Origin: Pseudomonadota bacterium
Lineage (GTDB): Bacteria > Pseudomonadota > Alphaproteobacteria > Caulobacterales > Caulobacteraceae
NCBI GenBank assembly: GCA_023424215.1
Contig: JAFAEC010000152.1
Location: 1 to 54,004, forward strand
DNA: 54,004 bases
Direction of reading: 5' to 3'
Below the pieces are notes generated by a model. The model ran no database searches. It saw nothing but the letters and a program-made list of their open reading frames with translations, and had not been told where the DNA came from. The position numbers and the translations under genes are program-made. Shown piece after piece: positions 39,732 to 51,811 of the stretch (the stretch's first letter is position 1; each line of letters opens with the position of its first letter).

Positions 39732-40627
39732 GTCCGCTCACGGATCGCGTCGTCATCGTCACCGGAGCCGGCCGGGGTCTGGGGCGCGCCTATGCGCTGG
39801 ATCTGGCGGCGCGCGGGGCGCGGGTGGTGGTCAACACCCGACCGCGGCCGGCGGACGCGCCCGGCTCGGCCGAGGCGGTGGTGGCCGAGATCGAGGCCGC
39901 GGGGGGGCGGGCCGTGGCGGCGGCCCTCGCCGTGGAGGAGGCCGACTCCGGAGATCGTCTGCTCGCCGCCGCCCTCGACGCCTTTGGCCGGGTGGACGGA
40001 CTGCTGAACAACGCCGGGGCGCCCGAGGCCTCCACCCTGCACAAGCAGAGCCTTGACGGTTTCCGGGCCAATTTCGAGGTCAACTTCTTCGGGTCGCTGA
40101 CCCCGACCCTGCCGATCTACCGGCACATGCGCGAGAACGGCGGCGGCCGGATCCTGATGTCGACCTCCACCGCCGGCCTGCACGGGGTGCACGGCATGGC
40201 GGCCTACTCCGCATCGAAGGCCGCCTTGATCGGCCTCATGCGGGTCATCGCCCTCGAGGGGGTCAGCCGCAAGGTGGCCGCCAACGCCATAGCGCCCTTC
40301 GCCGCCACCGGCATGACCGGCGAATATCTGGATCCGGCGATAGCGGCGCGGATGGGCCCCGAGCGGGTCGCGCCGGTAGCCAGCTGGCTGATGTCTCCGG
40401 ACTGCCCCCTGACCGGCCAGACGGTCACCGCCGGGGCCGGCGGCGTTCGCCTGGCCGCCCGGGTCGAGGGATCGGCGCTGTGGTTCGAGGACGGCTTCGG
40501 CCCCGCCGATCTGAACGGGCGCGTGGACGAGATGAGGTCGACGGCAGGCTGGCGGGACTACACCGACGGCATGGCCGCCTTCGAACAGCTCATGGCCGAG
40601 GGCGCGCGGGCGCATCGCCCGGGCTGA
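39728..40627 (+). CDS. Short-chain dehydrogenase/reductase, MFE-2 hydroxyacyl-CoA dehydrogenase-like
   Basis: VTGAGRGLG, NNAG, S..YSASK catalytic motif; ATGA overlap with DUF1295. Confidence 0.9.
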   Translation: MSPLTDRVVIVTGAGRGLGRAYALDLAARGARVVVNTRPRPADAPGSAEAVVAEIEAAGGRAVAAALAVEEADSGDRLLAAALDAFGRVDGLLNNAGAPEASTLHKQSLDGFRANFEVNFFGSLTPTLPIYRHMRENGGGRILMSTSTAGLHGVHGMAAYSASKAALIGLMRVIALEGVSRKVAANAIAPFAATGMTGEYLDPAIAARMGPERVAPVASWLMSPDCPLTGQTVTAGAGGVRLAARVEGSALWFEDGFGPADLNGRVDEMRSTAGWRDYTDGMAAFEQLMAEGARAHRPG

Positions 40628-40640
40628 TTTCGCCCGGGGT

Positions 40641-40856
40641 TCAGGCGAAGATCAGGAACAGGCTGATCGCCACCAGCACGACCACGGCCACCGCCCAGAT
40701 GACCGGCCAGACGGCGGGGCCCTGGGACTTCACAGAGACCGTGTCCAGCGGCGTGCTGCCGTGCTGTTCCTCGGCGTAGGTCTCGTCGTGGCTGCGCGTC
40801 AACTCCGGATTGAGGCCGGTGGGTTCGCCGTCGCGGGGCGGGGTGGGATCGGTCAT
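40641..40856 (-). CDS. Small protein with C-terminal TM helix
   Basis: 71 aa, acidic N-terminus, hydrophobic tail; ATGA overlap with upstream ORF and GGAGG RBS. Confidence 0.65.
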   Translation of the reverse strand: MTDPTPPRDGEPTGLNPELTRSHDETYAEEQHGSTPLDTVSVKSQGPAVWPVIWAVAVVVLVAISLFLIFA

Positions 40857-41161
40857 CGGGCGTCCTCCATGGGCGGAACCGGCGCGGTCGCCAGGCGCCA
40901 GCGCACCATTTCCTCGAGACAGGCGAGGCCCGGATCGGCGGCGTCATGCAGGCGGCCGGTGAGGCGGGTCCAGGCCTCCGGGTCGGCGTAGAGATCGAAC
41001 TCGACCAGCGCCGCGCGCGCGAAGGCGGCGGGGCTTTCGCCCTGATCTGCGGCGGCCTTGCGCAGGTCGGCGGCGAGCCCGGGCGCCGCCTCGGCCAGCC
41101 AGTTCTCGAACGCCGGGGCGGCCGAGCGGGCGCGGGCCATCAGGTCGCCGAGGGTCAGCAT
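40853..41161 (-). CDS. Hypothetical protein in nar operon
   Basis: MLTLGDL...EAWTRL...DPGLACL..MVRWRL; overlaps the PPIase stop. Confidence 0.72.
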   Translation of the reverse strand: MLTLGDLMARARSAAPAFENWLAEAAPGLAADLRKAAADQGESPAAFARAALVEFDLYADPEAWTRLTGRLHDAADPGLACLEEMVRWRLATAPVPPMEDAR

Positions 41162-42105
41162 GAGGCGCACGGGCTGGACTGCGGGGCGGCCAGCTCGAGG
41201 CCCTCGATTGTCGCCGCGGCGGCCAGTTCGGCGACGTACTGGCCGGCGGCCACCGCCCACGCCCGCGCCTCCAAGGTGTCGCGCAGACGGTCGCGCACCA
41301 CCTCGTAAGGGAGGTCGCGCCCCTCGATGCGCCGTTCCAGCCGGATCAGGTGCCAGCCGAAGCGCGAGCGCACCGGCTCGGCGCGGTTGGTTCCGGGCGG
41401 GGTGTCCTCCAGCGCCGCCTGCACCGGCGGAGCCAGTTCGCCGCGCCGGACCTGGCCCAGCGAGCCGTCCTGCTGGGCCGAGGGACAGGTGGAGTGGGCG
41501 CGCGCGGCCTCGACGAAGGCGGCGCGGCTGTCGCCGATGTCGGCGCGCAGGGCCCGGACCCGTGCCTCGGCGGCGGCCCAGCCGGCCTCGTCGTCGGTCT
41601 CCGGCTCGATCAGGATGTGCGCCGCCTCGAACAGCTCGGGGGTGCGGAAGCGGTCGCGCTGGCTCTCGTACAGGCGCAGGCACTCCGCCTCGCCCGGCTC
41701 GGCGGGGACGAGGGCCTGTTCGAGCAGGGCCCGGACGAGGGCTTCCTCCTCGCTCTCGCGCACACCGCCGTCGTCGTCGGGGTCCGCCTCGACGCCGCGG
41801 CGCCGCGCCTCCTGCAGCAGCAGTTCGCGCACCGCCAGCGCCCGCACCGCCTGGGTCCAGGCCTCGACGGGATCCTCCGCCGGGTGGTGCTGCAGCTCGC
41901 GGGCGATGGCCGCGGCCTCGATCTCCACCCCGTTGACGCGCACGTCCGGGAAGCTCGGGACGGCCGGCCTCGTTTGCGGAGCGCCATGATGATGATGGCC
42001 GCAGCCGCCGGCGGGAGCCGGGGTCGCTGCGGGCGGAGGCGAGGGGGCCGGGGCGGGCGCCTTCCGGCCGGAGGAGCGGGTGAGGACGAAGCGGGCCGTG
42101 GTCAC
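41155..42105 (-). CDS. PpiC/parvulin peptidyl-prolyl isomerase (NifM-like, nar-associated)
   Basis: VNGVEI..IARELQHHPA, AAHILI, F...AR.HS.CPS...GSLG, SRFGWHLI; GTG start. Confidence 0.9.
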   Translation of the reverse strand: MTTARFVLTRSSGRKAPAPAPSPPPAATPAPAGGCGHHHHGAPQTRPAVPSFPDVRVNGVEIEAAAIARELQHHPAEDPVEAWTQAVRALAVRELLLQEARRRGVEADPDDDGGVRESEEEALVRALLEQALVPAEPGEAECLRLYESQRDRFRTPELFEAAHILIEPETDDEAGWAAAEARVRALRADIGDSRAAFVEAARAHSTCPSAQQDGSLGQVRRGELAPPVQAALEDTPPGTNRAEPVRSRFGWHLIRLERRIEGRDLPYEVVRDRLRDTLEARAWAVAAGQYVAELAAAATIEGLELAAPQSSPCASC

Positions 42106-42896
42106 TGGGCGCTCTCCGCCTCGCCGCGCAGCACCGAGGGGCCGCCATAGGTCGGGGCCTGGCCGGGCTGGCCGTGGGTCGGGGTGGTCGAGGGCTTCCG
42201 CACCGCGCCGCGCGAGCGGACCAGCTGGTAGCCCGGCCGCAGCAGGAAGAAGAGCGGAATGCTCCACACGTGCACCAGTCGGGTGAAGGGGGTGATGAGG
42301 AAGATCGTCAGCCCCAGCACGATATGCACCTTGTAGACCCAGTAGGCGTCGATGATCAGGTCGGCGGCGGCGGGGTTGAACGTCAGCAGGCCGTTGGCCC
42401 AGCCCATGAACAGGACCATCTCGGAACCGTCGAGATGCTTCATGGTCCACCAGGTCGTGGCCAGGCCGACGGCCAGCTGCAGCCACAGCAGGAACAGCAC
42501 AAGGATGTCCATCTTCGACGAACTGCGCCGGATGCGCGGGTCGAACAGGCGGCGGTGCAGCAGCAGGCTGGCCCCGATGAAGGCGGCGAAGCCGGCGAGG
42601 CCGCCGACCACCAGCGCCGTCATCTGCTTGAAGCCGTGGCCGATGCCGAAGAAGTCGAACACGCCGATCGGCGTCAGCAGGCCGACGAAATGCCCACCCA
42701 GCAGGGTCAGAATGCCGAGGTGGAACAGGTTGGAGCCGATCAGCATCTGCTTGCGGCGCAGGAACTGGCTGGACTGCGACCGCCACGAGTACTGCGCCTT
42801 GTCGAAGCGCAGGATGCTGCCGAGGAACAGCACCGTCACCGCGAGGTAGGGATACCAGCCGAAGGCCAGTTGGTTGAGGAACCCTTCCATCGTCAT
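42102..42896 (-). CDS. narI: Respiratory nitrate reductase gamma subunit
   Basis: YPY, QYSWRSQSSQ, NLFHLG, GHFVGLLTP, PFTRLVHVWS heme b ligands. Confidence 0.97.
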   Translation of the reverse strand: MTMEGFLNQLAFGWYPYLAVTVLFLGSILRFDKAQYSWRSQSSQFLRRKQMLIGSNLFHLGILTLLGGHFVGLLTPIGVFDFFGIGHGFKQMTALVVGGLAGFAAFIGASLLLHRRLFDPRIRRSSSKMDILVLFLLWLQLAVGLATTWWTMKHLDGSEMVLFMGWANGLLTFNPAAADLIIDAYWVYKVHIVLGLTIFLITPFTRLVHVWSIPLFFLLRPGYQLVRSRGAVRKPSTTPTHGQPGQAPTYGGPSVLRGEAESAQ

Positions 42897-43587
42897 CCTC
42901 CCTGGGTCCGGGCCGCGGGACGGCGCCCCGCGCGGATCTTCGCGATCAGACCGGTGGGCCCGCCCGCCTCATGGTCCGGCCGCCCGAAGGTGACCGGCGC
43001 CTCGCGCCACTCGTCGTCGACGTCGCCGTCGGCCGGATCCTCGACGGCGCGCTCCAGCAGGGCCTTCAGCGCCTCGGCGTCGGGCCGGGCCTCGGCCAGC
43101 GCCAGCAGGGCGGCGAAGACCCCGGCGTACGGACTGTCCCGCCCGGTCAGCCGCTGCTGCAGGGCGGCCAGCACATGGGCGGGCTCACCGAGCAGTTCGC
43201 GCGCCTCGGCGAACGGCTGGCAGGCGAGGAATTCGAGGTAGAGCGGCAGATAATCGGGCAGCTCCGACACGGCCATGACGAAGCCGCGGTCGAGGTAGGT
43301 CTGGCCGAGATCGACCATGGCCGGGCCGCGATCCCGGCTGTCGCCGTGGACGTGCTCGAACAGGTGCAGCGACAGCTTGCGCGAGCGGTCGAACAGGTCG
43401 GTGTAGGCCTCCTGCAGCTCGAACAGGTCGCGGGTCTCGAGCTCGCTCAGCAGCGGTTCGAGCGCCTCGCGGCCCGCCGGCGGGACCAGGCGCTCGGCGG
43501 CCAGCGCTTCGCGGATGGCGCCGACGTTGGCCTGCAGCTCCTCCGACGGATAGCCGAGCAGGGCGGACAGGGCGCGCAGCGAGCGGA

Positions 43588-43591
<4 letters not shown>
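42893..43591 (-). CDS. narJ: Nitrate reductase maturation chaperone
   Basis: LL.YP, YTDLFDRSR..SLHLFEHVHGDSRDRG, ELPDYLPLYLEF. Confidence 0.97.
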
Positions 43592-45113
<1,522 letters not shown>

Positions 45114-45117
<4 letters not shown>

Positions 45118-48100
45118 TCGGCGGCCTCCAGGTCAGGTTCGGCGGCTTTGTCGAACCAGTTGATCGCGCTCATCTTGCGAATGACCACGAACTCGTCGCG
45201 GTTGGCCCCGACGGTGCCGTAGTAGTTGAAGCCGTAGGCCAACTGGGCGTAGCCGCCGATCATGTGGGTCGGCTTCATGTTGATGCGGGTGATCGAGTTG
45301 TGCACCCCGCCGCGCTGGCCGGTCAGCTCGGAGCCGACCGTGTTCACCAGCTTTTCCTGGGCGTGGTACATGATCGCGGTGCCGGCCATGACACGCTGGG
45401 AGACGATGGCCCGGGCGGTGACCGCGCCGTTGACGTTGAAGGCCTCGATCCAGTCATTGTCCTCGATGCCGGCCTGTTTCGCATCCGTCTCGCTGATCCA
45501 GATCACCGGCCCGCCGCGGTTGAGGCTGAGCAGGATCAGGTTCTCGGCGTAGGTCGAGTGGATGCCCCACTTCTGGTGCGGCGTGAGGATGTTGAGCAGG
45601 ATCTCGGCGTTGCCGTTGGGCAGCTTGCCGTGCACGGCGCGCACCGTGCGGGTGTCGATGGGAGGCCGCCAGGTGACGAAGCCTTCCCCGAAGGCCCGCA
45701 TCCAGTGGTGGTCCTGGTAGAGCTGCTGGCGGCCGGTCAGGGTCCGCCACGGGATGCGCTCGTGCACATTGGTGTAGCCGGCGTTGTAGCAGACGTGCTC
45801 GGATTCCAGCCCCGACCAGGTCGGCGACGAGATGATCTTGCGCGGCTGGGCGACCACGTCGCGGAAGCGGATCTTCTCCTCCTCCTTGCCCTCGGCCAGG
45901 TGGGCGTGATCCAGGCCGGTGACCGTCGACAGCGCCTGCCAGGCCTTGACCGCCACCTCGCCGTTGGTCTCCGGGGCCAGCGTCAGGATGGTCTCGCAGG
46001 CGTCGATGTCGGTGAGGATGCGCGGCCGGCCCTTGCCCGGCCCTTCCTCGGCGACGACGCCGTTGAGGCCGGCCAGCAGCTTCACCTCGGAGTCGGTGTT
46101 CCACTGGATGCCCTTGCCGCCGTTGCCCAGCTTCTCCAGCGCCGGGCCCAGCGAGGTGAATTTGGCGTAGGTCTGCGCATAGTCGCGCTCGACGAGCGAG
46201 ACATTGGCCATGGTCCGGCCGGGGACGGGATCGCACTCGCCCTTGTCCCAGCGCTTCGGCTCATAGGGCTGGGCCAGCTCCTGGGCCGTGTCGTGCATGA
46301 TCGGGGTCAGCACCAGGTCGTGCTCGACCCCCAGCACCTCGGGCGCCACGTCGGAGAATTTCCTCGCGATGGTGCGGAAGATGTCCCAGTCGCTCTTCGC
46401 CTCCCAGACCGGATCCACCGCCGCGGTCAGCGGGTGGATGAAGGGGTGCATGTCCGAGGTGTTGAGGTCGTGCTTCTCGTACCAGGTGGCGGTGGGCAGG
46501 ACGACGTCGGCGTACATGCTGGTGGTCGACATGCGGAAGTCGATATTGACCATCAGGTCCAGCTTGCCGACCGGGGCGTCGTCGCGCCAGACGACCTCCT
46601 GCGGCTTCTCGCGGCCGTCCTCGCCGAGGTCGACGCCGACCACGCCGTGCAGGGCGCCGACGAGGTGCTTGAGGAAATACTCGTGCCCCTTGCCGCTGGC
46701 CCCCAGCACGTTGGAGCGCCAGAAGAACATGTTGCGCGGCCAGTTCCGCGGATTGTCCGGATCGACGCAGGACAGTTTCAGCCCGCCGCTCTTCAGCCGG
46801 TCCGAGATGAAGGTCTTCGGGTCGGCGCCGGTGTCGAAGATCTCCTTGCCGATGCTGAGCGGGTTGGTCTCGAGCTGCGGCGCGGTCGGCAGCCAGCCCA
46901 TGCGCTCCGCGCGGACGTTGAAGTCGATCATGCTGCCCGACCAGTCGCCCTCGGGCGCGGTCGGCGACAGGATCTCCTCGATCCGCAGGCTTTCGTAACG
47001 CCACTGGTCGGTGTGGGCGTAGAAGAAGCTGGTGCCGTTCATGAACCGGGTCGGGCGCAGCCAGTCCAGCGCGAAGGCCAGCGGCAGCCAGCCGGTCTGG
47101 GGCCGCAGCTTCTCCTGCCCGACGTAGTGGGCCCAGCCGCCGCCGGACTGGCCGATGCAGCCGCACATCACCAGCATGGAGATGATGCCGCGGTAGGCCA
47201 TGTCCATGTGGTACCAGTGGTTCAGACCGGCCCCGAGGATGACCATGGAGCGGCCGCGGGTCTTCTCGGCCACCTCGGCGAACTCGCGGGCCGTGGCGAT
47301 GATGGCCTCGCGCGGCACGCCGGTGACGTTCTCGGCCCAGGCCGGGCTGAACGGCGCGTCGTCGTCGTAGGTCGCGGCGACGTTGCCTCCGCCGAACCCG
47401 CGATCGACGCCGTAGTTGGCGCAGAACAGGTCGAAGACGGTCGCGACCAGCGCCTCGCCGTCCTTCAGCTTGACCCGCTTGACCGGCACATTGCGGTCGA
47501 GGATCTGCTCGTGGCTGGTCGAGACAAAGGACTCGGGGGCCGTGCCGCCGAAATAGGGGAAGCCGACCGGCACGATCTCGTCGTGGTCCTCGGCCAGCGT
47601 CAGGCGCAGGCGGATGTCCTTGCCCTTGCCGTCCTTCTGCTCGAGGTTCCACTTGCCCGGGTCGCCCCAGCGGTGGCCCGACTGACCCTGCGGGCAGACG
47701 ATCTTGCCGCTGATCTCATCGATCCCGACCGCCTTCCAGTCCGGGTTGGCCTTCTCGCCGAGGTCTGCCCGGAAGTCGGCGGCGCGCACCATGCGGTCGG
47801 CGACCAGCCGGCCGTTGCGCTCGACCAGCTTCACCAGCAGGGGGAAGTCGGAATACTGGCGGCCGTATTCGGCGAAATAGGGCGCCTGCCGGTCGCAGTG
47901 GAACTCCTTCAGGATGACGTGGCCGAAAGCCAGGGCCAGGGCGGCGTCGGTCCCCTGCTTGGGGTGCAGCCACATGTCGGCGAACTTCGACGCCTCGGAA
48001 TAGTCCGGCGTGATGACGACGCTCTTGGTCCCCTTGTAGCGGACCTCCGAATAGAAGTGGGCGTCGGGCGACCGGGTCTGCGGGATGTTCGAGCCCCACA

Positions 48101-48851
48101 CCAGCAGGAAGCCGGCGTTGTACCAGTCCGCGCTCTCCGGCACGTCGGTCTGCTCGCCCCAGGTCTGCGGCGAGGACGGCGGCAGGTCGCAGTACCAGTC
48201 ATAGAAGCTCAGGATCGTCCCACCGAGCAGCGACAGGTAGCGGCTGCCGGCCGCGTAGGAGATCATCGACATGGCCGGGATCGGTGAGAAGCCGGCGATG
48301 CGGTCCGGGCCGTATTCCTTGATGGTGTGGGCGTTGGCGGCGGCGATCAACTCGGTCGCCTCGTCCCAGCCGGCCCGGATGAACCCGCCGCGCCCGCGCC
48401 GCGACACCCAGCTGTGGCGCTTGGCCGGATCGTCGACGATCGAGCGCCAGGCGGCCACCGGGGTCATCGTCTTGCGCGCCTCGCGCCAGTGGCGGAGCAG
48501 GCGGCCGCGGATCAGCGGGTATTTGATGCGCGTGCCGGAATACAGGTACCAGCTGTAGCTGGCGCCGCGGGGGCAGCCGCGCGGCTCATGGTTCGGCAGA
48601 TCGGGCCGGGTGCGCGGATAGTCGGTCTGCTGGGTCTCCCAGGTGACGATGCCGCCCTTGACGTAGATCTTCCACGAGCACGAGCCGGTGCAGTTCACCC
48701 CGTGGGTGGAGCGGACGATCTTGTCCGCCGCCCAGCGGGTTCGATAGGCGTCCTCCCAGTCCCTGTTCTCGCGCGTCGTCAGGCCGTGGCCGTCGGCGAA
48801 GGTCTCCCTGTCGCGACGGAAATAGGTCAGGCGATCGAGGAAGTGGCTCAT
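45114..48851 (-). CDS. narG: Respiratory nitrate reductase alpha subunit
   Basis: MSHFLDR start, STHGVNCTGSCSW, PRGCPRG, FYDWYCDLPP, TPHQKWGIHS, GFNYYGTVG. Confidence 0.99.
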
Positions 48852-51634
48852 GACGGGCTGCCTTCCGCTTGGGCTGGGTGAGGAGGAGCAGGCGCGCGCC
48901 GCCCTTCGACGGCGCGGAGCAGGCCGCGCGGGCCGGCGTAGGCGACCCAGGTCAGGGCGGCGCAGCTGAGATAGAAGACCAGGAAGCCCCACAGCGCCGC
49001 TTCCGGCCCGCCGGTCGCGTCGATCGAGGCGCCGTAGGCCTTGGGTATGAAGAAGGCGCCGAAGGCGGCGACCGCCGAGGTGAAGCCGACGATGGCGGCG
49101 GCCTCGCGGTCCGCGCGCACCCGCTGCTCGGCGGCAGAGAGGGCGGGCGCCAGCCGCGCCGTCTCCAGCGTCATGATCGGACCGATCATCTGGAAGGTGG
49201 AGGCGTTGCCGACCCCGGTGAGGAAGAACAGGGCCAGCACGCTGCCGAAGAAGGCCGGGAACGACTGGACCGACAGGGCCCAGAGCATGCCGCCGACGGC
49301 GAGGATCATGCCGACGAACACCCACAGGGTGACGCGCGCGCCGCCCCAGCGGTCCGAGACCCAGCCGGTGCCTGCCCGTGACAGCGCTCCGATCAGCGGT
49401 CCGAGGAAGACGTACTGCATGGCGTTCACCTCGGGGAACACCAGCCGGGCCAGCAGCGGGAAGCCGGCCGAGAAGCCGATGAACGAGCCGAAGGTGCCGG
49501 TGTAGAGCCAGCACATCAGCCAGTTGTGGGTGCGCCGGAAGATCGCCGCCTGGTCCGCGAACGAGGCCTTGGCCGAGGCGATGTCGTTCATGCCGAACCA
49601 GGCCGCCAGGGTCCCCAGCATGATGAAGGGGACCCAGATGAAGCCGGCGTTCTGGGCCCAGACGCGGGCGCCGTCGTCGGCGATCTGGGCCTGTCCGCCC
49701 AGCGCCCCGAACACCGAGAAGGTGACCACGATCGGCACCAGGAACTGCATCAGGCTGACGCCGAGATTGCCGAGGCCGGCGTTCAGCGCGAGGGCGTTGC
49801 CGCGCTCGGCCTTGGGGAAGAAGAAGCCGATGTTGGCCATGGACGAGGCGAAGTTGCCGCCGCCGAAGCCGCACAGCAGGGCCAGCACGAGGAAGATCAG
49901 GTACGGCGTGTCCGGGTCCTGCACGGCGTAGCCGATGCCGAAGGCGGGGATCAGCAGCGAGGCGGTCGACACCGCCGTCCACAGCCGCCCGCCGAATACC
50001 GGCACCATGAAGGCGTAGAAGATGCGGAAGGTCGCGCCGGACAGCCCGGGCAGGGCCGCCAGCCAGAACAGCTGGTCGGTGGTGAAGGCGAAGCCGAGCC
50101 GCGGCAACTGGGCCACCACCACGCTCCACACCATCCAGACGGCGAAGGCGAGCAGCAGGCAGTAGGTCGAAATCCACAGGTTCCGCTGCGCCACCGCGCG
50201 TCCGGTCGTGCGCCAGAACTCCGCGTCCTCGGGCCGCCAGTCGGCCAGCACCCCGGCGCGGGCCTTGCGCAGCCGGTCCAGCATCGGCTTCGCCGGCTCG
50301 TGGATCGGCTCCATCTCGGGAAGCTCGGGCAGGCCGGTGATCGCCCGGCCCTCGCGCAGGGCGGTCGCCTCCATCTGCCGGACGGCGAAATGCATCCACA
50401 GCAGCGACACCGTGACGATCAGGAACAGCAGGGCGAAGCAGCTGGTCCAGATGCCGGTCAGGTCGTTCATCACCCCGAACACCAGCGGCAGGACGAAGCC
50501 GCCGAGGCCGCCGACCATGCCAACCAGCCCGCCCACGGCGCCGATCTGCTTCGGGTAGTAGACCGGGATGTGCTTGAACACGGCCGCCTTGCCCAGGCTC
50601 ATGAAGAAGCCGAGCACGAAGATGGCCACGAGGAAGGGGATCAGCCCCATCGAGGTGGAGAAGCTGATCGGCCCGCGGACGCCGTGGATGGTGTAGTCCG
50701 TCGGCGGATAGGACAGCATGAACAGGCACAGGGCCGAGACGCCGAACGTCCAGTACAGTACCGCCCGGGCGCCGTACCTGTCCGACAGTCGGCCCCCGTA
50801 GATGCGGAACAGGCTGGCCGGCACGGAATAGAAGGCGGCCAGCATGCCCGCCGTCTTCACGTCGAGGCCGTAGACGCCGATCAGGTAGCGCGGCAGCCAC
50901 AGGGCCAGCGCGACGAAGGCCCCGAAGACGAAGAAGTAGTAGAGGGCGAAGCGCCAGACCTGAATGTTCTTCAGCGCCGCTAACTGGGCGCCGGCGGACT
51001 GGGCCGGGCGGCCCTCGCGACGGCGGGCGACCGTTTCGGGATCGTCGCGGGTGACGAGGTAAAAGACGACGGCGGCGACCGCGAGCACGCCGGCCCAGAT
51101 CTGCGCCACCGCCTGCCAGCCCCAGGCCACCATCACCACGGAGGCGAGGAATTTGGTCACCGCGGCGCCGACGTTGCCGGCGCCGAAGATGCCGAGCGCG
51201 GTGCCCTGCTGGCCCGGCGGGAAGAACTTCGGCACGTAGGCGACGCCGACCGCGAAGGCGCCGCCGGCGAGGCCGACGCCGAGCGCCGCCAGCAGCATCT
51301 CGGAATAGCTGTCCGCCCACGACAGCAGCAGCGTCGCCAGGGCGGCCGTCAGCATGACCAGCGCCAGCATGCGCCGGCCGCCGAGCTGTTCGGTCCAGAC
51401 GCCGAGTGCGACCCGCACGAGCGAGCCGGTGAGGATGGGGGTGCCGACGAGCAGGCCGAACTGGGTCTCGGACAGACCGAGTTGGTCCTTCATCCCGAGC
51501 CCGATGATCGAGAAGATCGTCCAGACGGCGAAGCAGATGGTGAAGGCGAGAGTGCTCGCCCACAGCGCCGTTCTGCCTCCCTCCGCCGGGGTCTCCATCC
51601 CGAGCGTGCCCTCCGCGGCTTCCTTCGGGGACAT
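48848..51634 (-). CDS. narK: Fused NarK1-NarK2 nitrate/nitrite MFS transporter
   Basis: Two MFS modules: GTALGIFGAGN (NarK1 type), then WRPED..FW and GFGGGNFASSM (NarK2 type). Confidence 0.95.
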   Translation of the reverse strand: MSPKEAAEGTLGMETPAEGGRTALWASTLAFTICFAVWTIFSIIGLGMKDQLGLSETQFGLLVGTPILTGSLVRVALGVWTEQLGGRRMLALVMLTAALATLLLSWADSYSEMLLAALGVGLAGGAFAVGVAYVPKFFPPGQQGTALGIFGAGNVGAAVTKFLASVVMVAWGWQAVAQIWAGVLAVAAVVFYLVTRDDPETVARRREGRPAQSAGAQLAALKNIQVWRFALYYFFVFGAFVALALWLPRYLIGVYGLDVKTAGMLAAFYSVPASLFRIYGGRLSDRYGARAVLYWTFGVSALCLFMLSYPPTDYTIHGVRGPISFSTSMGLIPFLVAIFVLGFFMSLGKAAVFKHIPVYYPKQIGAVGGLVGMVGGLGGFVLPLVFGVMNDLTGIWTSCFALLFLIVTVSLLWMHFAVRQMEATALREGRAITGLPELPEMEPIHEPAKPMLDRLRKARAGVLADWRPEDAEFWRTTGRAVAQRNLWISTYCLLLAFAVWMVWSVVVAQLPRLGFAFTTDQLFWLAALPGLSGATFRIFYAFMVPVFGGRLWTAVSTASLLIPAFGIGYAVQDPDTPYLIFLVLALLCGFGGGNFASSMANIGFFFPKAERGNALALNAGLGNLGVSLMQFLVPIVVTFSVFGALGGQAQIADDGARVWAQNAGFIWVPFIMLGTLAAWFGMNDIASAKASFADQAAIFRRTHNWLMCWLYTGTFGSFIGFSAGFPLLARLVFPEVNAMQYVFLGPLIGALSRAGTGWVSDRWGGARVTLWVFVGMILAVGGMLWALSVQSFPAFFGSVLALFFLTGVGNASTFQMIGPIMTLETARLAPALSAAEQRVRADREAAAIVGFTSAVAAFGAFFIPKAYGASIDATGGPEAALWGFLVFYLSCAALTWVAYAGPRGLLRAVEGRRAPAPPHPAQAEGSPS

Positions 51635-51811
51635 GGCCCCCCCTTCCGTCAACTAAGACGCCTGGTTGCGCTACGGTTCCAGCATGCACGTCCGGAATCG
51701 TACGAACCTTGCTCCCCGAACCATGTTGGCGCGACAAAGCGACGCTTGCCAGAGGAACTCGTTGCCTCACGATATGTTTTTGCTTCGGGCTACGAAGCCA
51801 TGGGAGGGCGA

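Noticed and set aside
51635..51811. ANTAR (NasT-type) twin hairpins or a sigma54 promoter upstream of narK
   Set aside because: Candidate loops have imperfect closing pairs and the GG-GC spacing does not fit -24/-12
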